Source: Blepharisma stoltei ATCC 30299
Lineage: Eukaryota; Protista; Ciliophora
NCBI GenBank assembly: GCA_965603825.1
Contig: CBFDEM010000005.1
Span: 831,505 to 895,504 of the forward strand
Length of the DNA stretch: 64,000 nucleotides
Reading direction: 5' to 3'
The position numbers and the translations under genes are program-made. Below, piece after piece: positions 1 to 11,313 of the stretch. How positions within the stretch are numbered: position 1 is the first letter of the stretch; the number at the start of each line of letters is the position of its first letter. The notes beneath the pieces are model-generated. The model saw nothing but the letters and a program-made list of their open reading frames with translations, had not been told where the DNA came from and did not search any database.

Positions 1-1
1 T

Positions 2-1240
2 GAAGAAGTCACTCGAAACATGGCTCTCACCAAAAGTGAGCTGTTAAAAGAAAAAACAAAAAAAAATGCAAATTTAGAAACCAAAATCCTAGAAGAGACT
101 TTTATTAAAATTGGCGCATTATTAGCATTGGGATTTGGGGAAGCAGGCTCCGAAATTATCGCTAAAAATGTAAATAGAAGTGGTGGAGAAATCGACCCAT
201 TAATCCCAGGCAAAAAGCGGCTCTGCATTTTTGGGTTCTGCGATATCCGTCAGTTTTCAGAAGCTACTGAAATACTACAAAAAGACGTCATGATTTTTGT
301 CAATGAAATTGCCAAAATTGTCCATCAGACTGTGAATAATTATTCAGGGTCTGCAAATAAAAATATAGGGGAGGCCTTTTTAATAGTCTGAAAATTCCAT
401 AGAGAATCTGTATTAGAAGATTCTTTGACTGGGGAAGTTTCATTAATAGATAATCACCATACCAATGATTTGGCTGACATGGCAGTTGTTGCATATTTGA
501 AAACAATTGCGGAAATCAATAAAAGTCCTAAAACACTGGCTTATCAAAAACATCCAGGCCTAACGGCAAAAATGCCTGGATTTTGTGTGAAGATGGGCTT
601 TGGGCTCCATCAAGGATGAGCAATTGAAGGAGCGATTGGGAGTGAGTTTAAAATTGACGCGTCATATTTGTCACCAAATGTAAATTTAGCGTCAAGATTA
701 GAAGCGGCGACTCGACAGTTTGGAGTGCATATATTGGTGAGTGATGCTTTATATAATATTTGTTCAAGCCAAACCCAGAAAAATTTTAGAAAAGTCGATA
801 GAGTTACTGTCAAAGGCAGTAAAGTGCCAATTGAGCTTTATACTGTAGACTTAGACCTAACTGCTCTTGAAGTCGGAACTGACACAGAGGATACTTTTAC
901 GGACCTAAAAGAAGCCCGAGCTTTTGCTCACATTAAGAGAGAAAGATTGAATGATGCAGTAAAACACAAAAATTATAGAGTTTATAGATTGTTTACAGAC
1001 GATAAAGACCTTAGAGCTATGAAGAAAAATATTTCAAAGCATTTTATGCACTGGTTTTCAATCGCACTTGAAGAATATCTAAAAGGAGATTGGAGCCAAG
1101 CTGCAATCGATTTTTCGAAAGCACAGGTTTATAAAAATGGAAAAGACGGCCCAACTGAAGTAATACTTGAGTTTATGAAAGAAAATAATAATGTTCCTCC
1201 TCCAGATTGGTCTGGATATCGTATATTGCATGATAAATAG
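2..1240 (+). CDS. Class III adenylyl cyclase, catalytic domain (5'-partial; alveolate type)
   Basis: ORFs 20-391, 425-619 and 668-1240 join in one frame across TGA(Trp) at 389 and 617. Motifs FGFCDIRQF, NKNIGEAFLIVWK, GFGLHQGWAIEGAIGS, KIDASYLSPNVNLASRLE, VTVKGSK. Ends TAG. Confidence 0.9.
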
Positions 1241-1453
1241 ATTTAATTTTAGTTAAAAAGATGTGAATAAAGCAATTTTTGGAAACATATTAATATTAGC
1301 ATAGGCGATACAGTTACTTTGACTTAATATAATTTTTTAAAATTTGATATAATAACAAAAATTATTAAGAATAAAATAAGTTTAAAAGCCCAAGAAATAT
1401 CTCTTTTCGTTCGGCTGTCTCTTGTGTTAAAGTAGAAAAACAGCTATATATAA

Positions 1454-2071
1454 ATGGATTCCAGCCTTCTTGAAAAATCCAATAAATTAATCGAGCCTCT
1501 CCAACACGAACTCCTTGACTTAATTAACGGCAATAGAGAATGGGAACACCTTGGTGAGGACAATGGTGTTGAATCAGATCGCATTATGACTGAATCTGGG
1601 ATCCAGCTAATAAAAGCTATTGGACTCATCAACAGACAACCTCAACAGATCGTTGATGTCATTTGCGACTACCAGCACAAATCTGAATGGGATGATATGT
1701 GTGTGGAAAGCCTTATGGTCCAAGAGTTCGATCCAAATTATAGAGTCCTTTATCAACGCTTTTGGGCACCATGGCCAATCAGCCATAGAGATTTCGTTTT
1801 TGCCTCAAAAGTTTCAAATGTTGGTGAAGATATTATTATTACCGCGAAAAGTGTAGAAACTGATTTGGTTCCTGAAAAAAGTGGAGTTGTCAGAGGAAGT
1901 ATTAACACCTCAGGATTTTATCTCCAAAAATTGGGCGAAAATTTAACAAGAGTTACTTATTTGGTTTCTGTGGATCCTAAAGGAAGCTTGCCATTGTGGG
2001 TTGTTAATCAACTTGGGAAAAAGCAATGCCAAGTACCGTATAAGCTGAAAGTAAGGCTGGGAGATGCTTAA
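1454..2071 (+). CDS. START-domain lipid-transfer protein (paralog 1)
   Basis: Single START domain: EWDDM, APWPISHRDFV, GVVRG, VDPKGSLPLWVVN. Confidence 0.9.
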   Translation: MDSSLLEKSNKLIEPLQHELLDLINGNREWEHLGEDNGVESDRIMTESGIQLIKAIGLINRQPQQIVDVICDYQHKSEWDDMCVESLMVQEFDPNYRVLYQRFWAPWPISHRDFVFASKVSNVGEDIIITAKSVETDLVPEKSGVVRGSINTSGFYLQKLGENLTRVTYLVSVDPKGSLPLWVVNQLGKKQCQVPYKLKVRLGDA

Positions 2072-2222
2072 TCAATAATTTAGATATGCGTAAAATTATG
2101 ATAATTATTTCAGTATAAATAAATTTGTATTACTTCATGCTCTCATCATTAAAAACTTAGGAAAATATTTTTCACATGAAAAATTAGCATTTTCATGTAA
2201 AATGCAGTCATTTTCCTTATAA

Positions 2223-2840
2223 ATGGAAACTTCACTGCTTGAGAAGTCCACAAAGACCATAGAACGCTGTCAAGCAGAACTCTTAGATCTAATAAACGGT
2301 CAAAGAAATTGGGAGCATCTAGGAGACGATAACAACGTGGAATCAGATCGCCTCATGACTGAATCTGGAATCCACTTAATAAAAGCTGTAGGTCTTATTA
2401 ACAGAACTCCTCAACAGATTTTTGACGTAATTTGGGATTACCAACACAAATCAGAGTGGGACGACATGTGCCTTGAAAATATTTTGGTGCAGGAATTTAC
2501 CCCAGATTTTAGAGTCCAATATCAGCGTTTTTGGGCTCCTTGGCCGATTAACCAGAGGGATTTTGTGTTTGCTTCAAAAGTAATAAGAACTGATGGAGAT
2601 ATTTTGATTACAGGAAAAAGTATAGAAACTGAGCTTGCACCTGAAAAAAGTGGTATCGTTAGAGGAAGCATAAATACCTCAGGATTTTACCTTCAGAGTT
2701 TGGGAGAAAATTTAACGAGAATTACCTATTTAGTATGTGTAGATCCAAAGGGAAGTATTCCTACGTGGGTAGTTAACCAACTTGGAAAAAGGCAGTGCCA
2801 AATTGTGCATAAATTAAAAATGAGGCTAGGAGATGTCTAA
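2223..2840 (+). CDS. START-domain protein (paralog 2)
   Basis: Same length (205 aa) as paralog 1 and closely similar; APWPINQRDFV, VDPKGSIPTWVVN. Confidence 0.9.
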   Translation: METSLLEKSTKTIERCQAELLDLINGQRNWEHLGDDNNVESDRLMTESGIHLIKAVGLINRTPQQIFDVIWDYQHKSEWDDMCLENILVQEFTPDFRVQYQRFWAPWPINQRDFVFASKVIRTDGDILITGKSIETELAPEKSGIVRGSINTSGFYLQSLGENLTRITYLVCVDPKGSIPTWVVNQLGKRQCQIVHKLKMRLGDV

Positions 2841-3011
2841 TTGCAACGATTATTTAAATCCTTATTTAATTTTGATGATAGGCTTGAATAAATTATGTTT
2901 TTATTAAAAACTGTCAAAATTATTTCATTTTGATTTAAAATTTTAAATGAATATAAGGCATTTCTTGTGAGGAATCCTTAAAATATGACTAAATATAATT
3001 TATAAGGAAAT

Positions 3012-3686
3012 ATGAACGAATCAAACACTACTGAACAATTGTAAGTTTTATATAGTGACTATATGATGAAAATCCTCACAATTGGGGATTCTGGGGTTGG
3101 AAAGACTTGCCTTATTATGCGATATACAGTAACAAATATAAAGGAAAACTCTTTCTCAAATAAATTTTTGAACACAATCGGAGTTGAATGTAAAAGCAAA
3201 ACTATAGTTCAAGGCAACAAAAAAGTGAGAATGCAATTATGAGATACAGCAGGCCAAGAAAGATTTAGGACGATCACGAATAATTACTATAGAGGCGCAC
3301 ATGCCATTGCAATTGTTTATGACGTAACTGATAGGAAATCTTTTGAAATGGTCAGCTCATGGCTCGCAGAAATTAGAAAATCCAGAGGTTCTGAGGCCTA
3401 TATCTTTATTCTTGCAAATAAAGTAGATATGACTGAAAAGAGGGTTATTTCTGAACAAGAAGGCGCAGAATGGGCAAAAAATAGAGATTTGTATTGTTTT
3501 GAAGTTTCTGCTAAAGAAAATTTAGGGGTTGAAGAAGCTTTTTCTTTTATTTTTTCAAAAATTTTTTCGAAAATGCAAAACAGCCCTAATTTTCTCGCCA
3601 GAAATCAAGAAAATTTGCAGTTGTCTCGCATGGAGAATAAAAAGTCAAAATCAAAGAAAAAGTAATATTAAATTAGGTGTTGTTAA
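3012..3686 (+). CDS. Rab GTPase (Rab1/Rab8-like), 3 introns
   Basis: GDSGVGKT, TIGVE, W(TGA 3240)DTAGQERFRTIT, NKVD, EVSAK. Splicing 15-nt introns 3041-3055, 3129-3143 and 3662-3676 gives a C-terminal KKKCC* prenylation motif. Confidence 0.92.
3041..3055 (+). other. 15-nt spliceosomal intron
   Basis: gtaagttttatatag; removes an in-frame TAA. Confidence 0.85.
3129..3143 (+). other. 15-nt intron (stop-free, in frame)
   Basis: gtaacaaatataaag; removal restores normal Rab G1-G2 spacing (RYTENSF). Confidence 0.8.
3662..3676 (+). other. 15-nt intron
   Basis: gtaatattaaattag; removal yields the terminal Cys-Cys-stop. Confidence 0.88.
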
Positions 3687-3863
3687 TTTAATTCCTTATC
3701 ATTTATTGAATTATTTTTTTATAAAAAAGAATAAATCTAAATTATTTATTTGAAAAAGTATGCTCATAATAATTTTTATTTAAATAATAAACAAAAGCAT
3801 ATATTTGAAGAAAAATCTAGGCTGACTATTTTCTTTTTAGCTGAATTTATAATAGTGAAATAA

Positions 3864-4484
3864 ATGGAGCCAAATCTTGAAGAAACATGTTCTACTGCTC
3901 TTGAGCGAGCTCAAACAGAAGTTCTTAACTTAATAAATAACCCTCAAGTGCGGTGGGAAAATTACAAAGAAAAGCATGGCCTCACTCGGCAAAAAATAGA
4001 AACAGACTCAGGAGCCTTAATAATTAAATCTGCAGGAACTATCAATAAACCAGGACAAATTGTATTCGACACATTATGGGATGACACAAAAAAGGTTGAA
4101 TGGAACTCAAAATTAAAAGAAACCAGACTTCTCCATGAATTTGATTCACGGATAAGAATATATTATAACAGTTTCAAATCGCCATGGCCAGTCAAAAATA
4201 GAGACTTTGTCTTTGCAACAAGGGCAATTAGTCTTGGCGATGACGCTTTGATCACGAAAATTAGCATAAATACTGCCCTTTGCCCTGAACAAGCTGGATT
4301 TATAAGAGGCGAAATAAAAGGTTCAGGAATCTTAATACACCCTGTGGATAAGAATTCGTGTGTCTTGACCTTTGTGGTTAGCATAGATCCAAAAGGGTCA
4401 ATTCCAAGATCATTAGTAAATAAGGCACAAGAAGAGCAGTCATTAGCTGTGCATGATATAAGGCAATATGTTTCAAGATTATAA
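3864..4484 (+). CDS. START-domain protein (paralog 3)
   Basis: SPWPVKNRDFV, GFIRG, IDPKGSIP. Confidence 0.9.
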   Translation: MEPNLEETCSTALERAQTEVLNLINNPQVRWENYKEKHGLTRQKIETDSGALIIKSAGTINKPGQIVFDTLWDDTKKVEWNSKLKETRLLHEFDSRIRIYYNSFKSPWPVKNRDFVFATRAISLGDDALITKISINTALCPEQAGFIRGEIKGSGILIHPVDKNSCVLTFVVSIDPKGSIPRSLVNKAQEEQSLAVHDIRQYVSRL

Positions 4485-5636
4485 TAGTTAACTTATAGAG
4501 TCTGGCTTTATTAATATAAGCTAATTGATTAAATTTATTTTATAATTGGAATTCGATAAATTCATAATGATTCCCTGAATATTTTTAAAAATATTATTTG
4601 GGTGCAAAAGTTAGCTTAGATTTTAGCCCAAAAAAACTTGAAATCATTTAATTTGGGCCTATTCAATAATTATCATATAATTGGATTGAAGAAAATTAAT
4701 TAGTTTTTGGTATCCATAGGTATCGAAGATTTTTGAGACATAAATAATTGTGATTGCTTAAGAATAACCAAATAAATCATTATTGCGCTATTAAGATTCA
4801 AATACTTTTTAATCCTTTTAATGACGTAATGAAATAAATGGCTACTTAAAACAAATTTTTCTACCAAATATGAGAGAGTTTAAACAAGATTCCTAGGCAT
4901 GGTTCATAGTCATTGATATCATGCAGAGCAAAAATATTGTCCAAGCCTATTATCAATAGGTAAAAATAAAAATTTTTTAAAGATATTTCACAATCTTTCT
5001 CACAATTGTAGCTAATAATGTTGAGAAATCAGCAGAAAGCTTTATAGAACAATTTTTATTGTTTGCAATTATTTCAAAGCAGAATATCAAAGATAGCCCA
5101 AAAGGCCAGGTTGTGAGTTGGAAAGAAATAGCGATTGTTTTGAAGGTAATTGGTAGAAAAAATTTAAAATATTTTTAGTTTATAAAATTTAATTATTCTG
5201 AATAAGCAAAACTAAATAGAAAGCTAATAAGAGAAGTGTGAAGTATAGTAGAGCTTGAAGAATTATAAAGACTTTGGATAATTGATATTAAATTGTCCAT
5301 GCCATTACTATAGTTTATGACGTAACTGCTTGCCCTTATAAATAAAGCTGCCATGGTTGAAAATAAGGCTAAGTCAAAAACTCGAAGCAAAGAATGGAAA
5401 GAATCGGGATTTAATTATTTTCAATTAAATTTGACAAAAAGAGAAACCTCATTCATTTTGCAAATGTAAATATACATTATCTAAACGCTACTCGTATATC
5501 AAAAATAAATTTAATATTTGTTCAGCTACTTCTACTAACCAAAATTTCAGTATAATCAGCTGCTATCTGATAATTAGCTTATATCTGCTAAATTTTCTCC
5601 ATTATCATTTTATTGCCTATCTTTTATAATAAATAA

Positions 5637-6257
5637 ATGGAGCCAAACCTTGAAGAAATTTGTTCTACCGCTCTTGAGAGAGCTCAAGCCGAGCTTCTTG
5701 ACTTAATCAACAACCCTCAAAGACGCTGGGAATCATACAAAGAAAAACTAGGTCTCATACGCCAAAGGACAGTCACAGACACAGGAGCCTTTATTGTTAA
5801 ATCTTCAGGCACAATTAATAAATCAGGACAAATTGTATATGATACCATGTGGGATGACACAAATAAGCTTCAATGGAATCCAAGGTGCAAGGAATCAAAA
5901 ATTCTCCATGAGTTTGACTCACGGATAAAAATAATTTATAATAGTTTCAAGTCGCCGTGGCCTGTAACCAACAGAGATTTTGTATTTGCAGCAAAGTCCG
6001 TTAGTCTAGGGGATGATGCTTTGATAGTTTTAATAAGCATCACCACTGCATTGTGTCCTGAAAAAAAGGGTTTTGTAAGGGGCGAAATGAAAAGCTCAGG
6101 ATACCTAGTACACCCCGTGGACGAAAATTCATGTGTGTTGACCTCTATCATAAGCACAGATCCAAAAGGGTCAATTCCACAGTCAGTCGTTAATAAAGTG
6201 CAGGAAGAACAGACTTTAGCTGTGCATAAAATAGGAGAATTTGTTGGAGGAAGATAA
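5637..6257 (+). CDS. START-domain protein (paralog 4)
   Basis: 206 aa, close to paralog 3 (MEPNLEE.CSTALERAQ); SPWPVTNRDFV, TDPKGSIP. Confidence 0.9.
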   Translation: MEPNLEEICSTALERAQAELLDLINNPQRRWESYKEKLGLIRQRTVTDTGAFIVKSSGTINKSGQIVYDTMWDDTNKLQWNPRCKESKILHEFDSRIKIIYNSFKSPWPVTNRDFVFAAKSVSLGDDALIVLISITTALCPEKKGFVRGEMKSSGYLVHPVDENSCVLTSIISTDPKGSIPQSVVNKVQEEQTLAVHKIGEFVGGR

Positions 6258-6624
6258 TAGTTAAGTAAATATTATTTAAGGAATCTCAATTAAGAACTTG
6301 TATATTTGTAGAAAGCAGACAATAGGTATAGTTTTCATAGTTCTTTATTAACCTCGCATAATAGGCCATTGCAATGCATATTTTAAAATAAGCTCTACGT
6401 TGACAGAATCTATAATAGCAATTCTGAGTTATGACTGTTTATAAATGCAATTTTTGTTTGAGAATTTGCGCTTCAGCTTTTTATAGAACATATCTGGGCT
6501 TTGATTAGATTACTAAAATAGTCATCCTGAAGCAATAAAAAGAAATATATTTAAAATTTTATCCTAATACAATGTTCGCTAAAAATTCATTGAAAATAAA
6601 TTCGAAAATATTATCTATTAATAA

Positions 6625-7404
6625 TTACTCCAATAGTAAAAGGCTTAAAACAGCACCAATAACTACACTTGCTGAATAATAAACATTTGGGTTCCCTGAC
6701 TGTATCTCTCTATTATTTCCACCCGAAAACATATCAGCCACTTTTTTAATCTGCCACTGTTTCGCCTGCTTCGTCTCAGATATAATATACCACAACACAT
6801 CATCCCTGCAGGAATAATCCGGATTTGTCGCTGAGCCTTTATAAAAATAATAATCATCAGTGCTTCTCACGACTTCTCTTATATTAATATTCGACGTATT
6901 CGTAGTCCAATAAGTCGCTCCCGCAGTGCTCGGTAAATTCCACCATTCCAAGGAGTCTAAAAAGAAACTTTCTATGCCAGCCTTAAAAATCACGCTTACA
7001 ATGGCCATGTTTTCTTTGTCTCTTTCCCAGTACTTGTCCTGGACTATCAAAATTATTTCCATTTCCATAGGAAAAGAAACTCCATTCAAGGTATGCTCAG
7101 ATGGGGTATGAAAATCAATGTATTTGACGAGGAAGGTACGCTTGTCGTCTTCTGGGCCGATTTCTATGTAGCCGAAATCAGCAGTGACGCGGATCAAGTT
7201 GCCTGTGTTAGTAATGTTCCTTGCCTTGGTCGCTCCAAGGAAAACCATTTTCATTGAGTATTTGTCAGGGACGTCACTTGTGGAGTCTATGTCGAGGTTC
7301 ATAGGAGATTGTTTAGAGGCTGAGCAGGCTTCAGGCCAACTGCCTTGAGCGTCGTAAGCCCAGCCAAAAGCTGATGAGATGAGTGCTGCATATATAAAAA
7401 ACAT
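6625..7404 (-). CDS. Alpha-carbonic-anhydrase-like protein, secreted or GPI-type, probably acatalytic
   Basis: Signal peptide, W..C...KQSPMNL, FHTPSEHTLNGVSFPMEM, YYFYKGS.T.P..C...VLW, NNREIQ, hydrophobic C-terminus. Confidence 0.85.
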   Translation of the reverse strand: MFFIYAALISSAFGWAYDAQGSWPEACSASKQSPMNLDIDSTSDVPDKYSMKMVFLGATKARNITNTGNLIRVTADFGYIEIGPEDDKRTFLVKYIDFHTPSEHTLNGVSFPMEMEIILIVQDKYWERDKENMAIVSVIFKAGIESFFLDSLEWWNLPSTAGATYWTTNTSNINIREVVRSTDDYYFYKGSATNPDYSCRDDVLWYIISETKQAKQWQIKKVADMFSGGNNREIQSGNPNVYYSASVVIGAVLSLLLLE

Positions 7405-7474
7405 AATTTTATATTAGAAAATCATTTTTTATTTAAAAATTTCACACAGAAATTAATTGAAATTTTGCAATTAA

Positions 7475-8188
7475 TTAGATTAAGTCTGAATAGTCAAGAT
7501 CCCACCCACAAATATCTTGGCCACTGAGATCTGTAGTATGATTTCGTCTATACTCAATATTATACTGAGGTTTTGTTGGACTTTGGACTCTTTGAGTCAT
7601 AAGCAGTCCAGGAGAAGCCAATGATGGCTTTCGGGTTTTTATTTTTGGTGGTGATTTAGAAACATTGGAAATAGATTTTTTTTTGACACTTTCACTTCTT
7701 TTGACAGCGGTTGCTGGCCTTAAATTCTCCTCATAGCTATAGGATATAGCTTCTATTTTCAGCCCAGAAACATTCTTTATTTCTTCGTTTCTTTTCTTTA
7801 TAAACGCGTTTTTTGGAAAAGTTCATTTCTTGACTCCAACCCTGTGGATATCTAAGCTTATTTCTTGCTTTTTCATTGAAATTGTATCATTCATCAATAT
7901 AAAATTGCAGCTTTTTTTTACTTTTTCAGTTGTCAAATTCATATCATTCCTTAATGAGAATCTTTGCTTCATAAATTCTGATTTTGGGATGTTTTTACGA
8001 ATCATATCGAATTTATCGTTCTCAGTTCGATTGAATTTTTCAATTTCACTTGATTTTAGGATTCGACTATTTATTTTCTTTTTTTGTTGTAAATCAATAT
8101 AAAAATTCTTTTTTATGATTCCTTTAGAAACATGCTTTGTCAGGATTTTCCTTTCTACATCTGGCTCTATTGTGACCACTGCAAACAT
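7475..8188 (-). CDS. Hypothetical basic protein (237 aa)
   Basis: ORF 7823-8188 continues through TGA to TAA at 7477-7475. Confidence 0.6.
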
Positions 8189-8212
8189 TGGATATGATTT
8201 TTAATAATAAAA

Positions 8213-9037
8213 ATGAACGTTCAGGCCGCAGGTACCGCAGGAGCAGGTGTCGCCCTATTAGGTGCTCTGGGTGTCTTTATATATAACTCACTTTTCACAG
8301 TAGATGCAGGACATCGTGCAATAATGTACAATCGTATTTCAGGCATCAATGACAAAAAGATTTACATAGAAGGCACCCATTTCAAGCTTATCTTTTTCGA
8401 CCGTCCAATTATCTACGATGTCCGCACACATCCTCGCATCATTAGTTCCTTGACTGGGACAAAAGATCTGCAAATGGCCAACGTTTCTCTTAGAGTTCTT
8501 TCTAGACCTAACGTAGAAGCTTTGCCTACAGTCTACAGAACTCTTGGAAAAAACTATGATGAAAGAGTCCTCCCCAGTATTGTTAACGAAATCCTCAAAT
8601 CAGTCGTCGCCCAGTTCAACGCCACTCAACTATTAACTCAAAGAGAACAAGTTTCCAGAATGATAAGACAAAATCTCATCACTAGAGCCAGTGACTTTAA
8701 CATTGTTGTCGACGATGTCTCCATCACCCACTTGTCCTTTGGAAAAGAATTCACTGAAGCTATTGAAGCCAAACAAGTCGCAGCCCAGCAGGCAGAAATG
8801 GCAAAATACGTTGTGTTGCAAGCAGAACAAGAAAAATTAGGCATGATTATTAAGGCAGAAGGAGAAGCCAAAAGTGCAGAACTTATTGGGTCTGCAATTG
8901 CCGCAAACCCTGCTTATATCAGACTGAAGAAAATTGAGACGGCTACTGATATTGCCAATACGCTTTCACAGTCGAGAAATAGAGTATTGCTAAGTTCGGA
9001 AAGTCTTTTAATGAATCTTAAAGATCTTTTGAACTAG
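8213..9037 (+). CDS. PHB2: Prohibitin 2 (SPFH)
   Basis: VDAGHRAIMYNRISG, TGTKDLQM, YDERVLPSIVNE, QFNATQLLTQREQVS, EAKQVAAQ, AEGEAKSAELIG. Confidence 0.93.
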   Translation: MNVQAAGTAGAGVALLGALGVFIYNSLFTVDAGHRAIMYNRISGINDKKIYIEGTHFKLIFFDRPIIYDVRTHPRIISSLTGTKDLQMANVSLRVLSRPNVEALPTVYRTLGKNYDERVLPSIVNEILKSVVAQFNATQLLTQREQVSRMIRQNLITRASDFNIVVDDVSITHLSFGKEFTEAIEAKQVAAQQAEMAKYVVLQAEQEKLGMIIKAEGEAKSAELIGSAIAANPAYIRLKKIETATDIANTLSQSRNRVLLSSESLLMNLKDLLN

Positions 9038-9083
9038 AGACTTTTAATAAGGCTAAAGGCTATTTTATAGAGTCTATAAGGTA

Positions 9084-11183
9084 TTAGATTATTATGCATT
9101 TTCCACAGCCGGCATTGGAACGGATTTCTGGTTTTGGCTGCTTTTGGGAGATAGGACGATGTGGCTTTATTTTGTTCATATCAGTTATGACTTCAGGGCT
9201 CTGGGGGATTACAATTTCTTTTTTTTCTTCATGCTGACGTTTAGGGGTTTGTTGAGATGTCTCTTGCGGTTTTTGGACTGGTTCAATATTAGCTCCTACA
9301 GAATCCGTGAAAACAATTTTAGGTGGCGGCTTTTTGGACTTGACTTTCTGCTGTTTATGGTGTTGGACTTGTGGAGCTGGCTCGAGCTCTTCAACTGTTT
9401 CAGTTTCCTCATAAATATTTTCGTGTATTGGAGGATTTTGAGTTTGAGATATGGAAGAGACTTGAACTGGAGTTTGCGAAGAAGCTTGAGATTGCTTTTC
9501 TTGTATTTTTGATATATTTGAAAAAACGGCATTTAAATGCTTTGGATTTCCTGCCCCAGATATATCAAGGTCATAAAATCCTGGCTCAGGAGGTTTCTCG
9601 TATTTTGGCGTTGATTCTTTTGTAGGTTCGGGCTCTTTATTCGGCTCGAAATTTTGGGATTCTTCTTGGAAGCTTGTTTCATTGATTTGGAATATATTTT
9701 GAGTTCTTGTATCGGGTTCAATGGCTATCTGAGCATGGTTTGCTTCTCTTTCAATTATAGCATTTTCAGCAGAAAATGGGCATTCTTCTGGTTTTATTTC
9801 CTCTGAAATGCCTTGTTCAGCATTATTAATCTCTGGATTTTCTATTAAGACTGGCTCAATATTCTTTTTTAGTTCTATTTTAATTGAACACTCGTTGTGT
9901 TTTTCATAAAATAGTGGCTGGATATTTCTTTTCCTATTAATTTCAATCGCAAACTCTTTACTTTTTTCTAAAAAGAAAGGTGATGCTACTGTTTTATCTT
10001 CCAATTTTATTGCAATTTCTTCGATTTTTTCATAAAATAATGGCTGATTTCTGATTTTTGGTTTTATTTCAACTATATTTTCTCAATTTTTTTCATATAA
10101 TAAAGGCGAAATTCTTTTTTTGGGCTTAACATGATTTTCATATTCAATGCTTTTTTCAATAAATAAAGGATGGGATTTTTCTTTTAATTTGCAGTCATAG
10201 CAAGTTTCTTTAGACTTTTCTATAGATAATGGCTGAATTATTTGCTTTGATTTAGGACTGAAGATGTCTTCTCTAATTACTTCATATTCCAATAATGGAA
10301 TTTTTGGAAATTTTAGAGCCTCTATTGTATCATCTGCAACTTTTTCATAAAATAGCGGCTCAGTAATTAATTTTGTCTCAGCAAAAATTGAAGTTTTCTC
10401 TATTATATCATAGAATAACGGTTCAATTCTACAGTATTGAGCACATTTTAACGGCTCAAGCAAAACACTATTGTAAAATAATGGCTCTATAATGCACTGA
10501 GAGCTAACTGAAAATTTTTGTTCTGACAGAATTTCAGCTGAAAATAGAAGGGTTTGAAGCCTTTTTTCAATTTCAATGATTTTTTCCTCTTCTTTGGAAA
10601 TTTCTAGCAGATCAATAGGAGATTTTTTTTCAATGATAAATTCTTCTTTAGATATAATTTGTATTTGAGTTTCAGATTGAACTTCAGCTTCCATTTTTTG
10701 CTGAATAGAATTTTCTGAGGATATTATTATTTCTTCAGCTTTTTCTAGATTCTCGCTTTCGGATTTTTTCTCTTCATTATTCGGTATTTGATTATTTTCT
10801 TTATCTTCTTTGCCTGAAAAATTTTCTTCTGTTTCTTGACTAGTTTTATGGAAATCTTCATCTATTTCATCAATTTTTTCCCTTTTATCTACTGTTGCAT
10901 CAATTAGTTTGGTTTGTTCAGTCTCAATTTCTGTCTCTCCATGAATAACTTCTGATATATCTTTTTGAGTAATAATTTCACTCCCTATGAACACTTTTTC
11001 TTCTCCACTATCTTTTGATTCTTCCATCTCTATATGCATTTCCTCAGTATTTTTATCTGATAAATCCATGCTTTCTTTTGTATCCAAAGCTTCAACTGGA
11101 GAATTCTCACTGGTCAGGTCTTCTTTTGAAGGCTCACTTTGGATCTTAGTCCCATCCGAGATATCCAAATTTTGTCCTTCCAT
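9084..11183 (-). CDS. Acidic repetitive protein with C-terminal CaaX (699 aa)
   Basis: ORFs 10083-11183 and 9084-10004 join across TGA; repeated I(E/Q)PLFYEK motif; ends CGKCIII*. Confidence 0.75.
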
Positions 11184-11313
11184 AATGATCTTGTATTTCC
11201 AAATATGCTTAGCAAAATTAAATTTAGATCAGTGTAACAATAAATATTAATTTCTCATAAATATATATTGGAAATAAACAACTTATAAATACCTTCACTA
11301 ATTTTTTCTAATA

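Noticed and set aside
2174-2198. Inverted repeat acatgaaaa-N7-ttttcatgt upstream of START paralog 2
   Set aside because: 9-bp AT-rich stem is plausible by chance and was not seen upstream of the other paralogs
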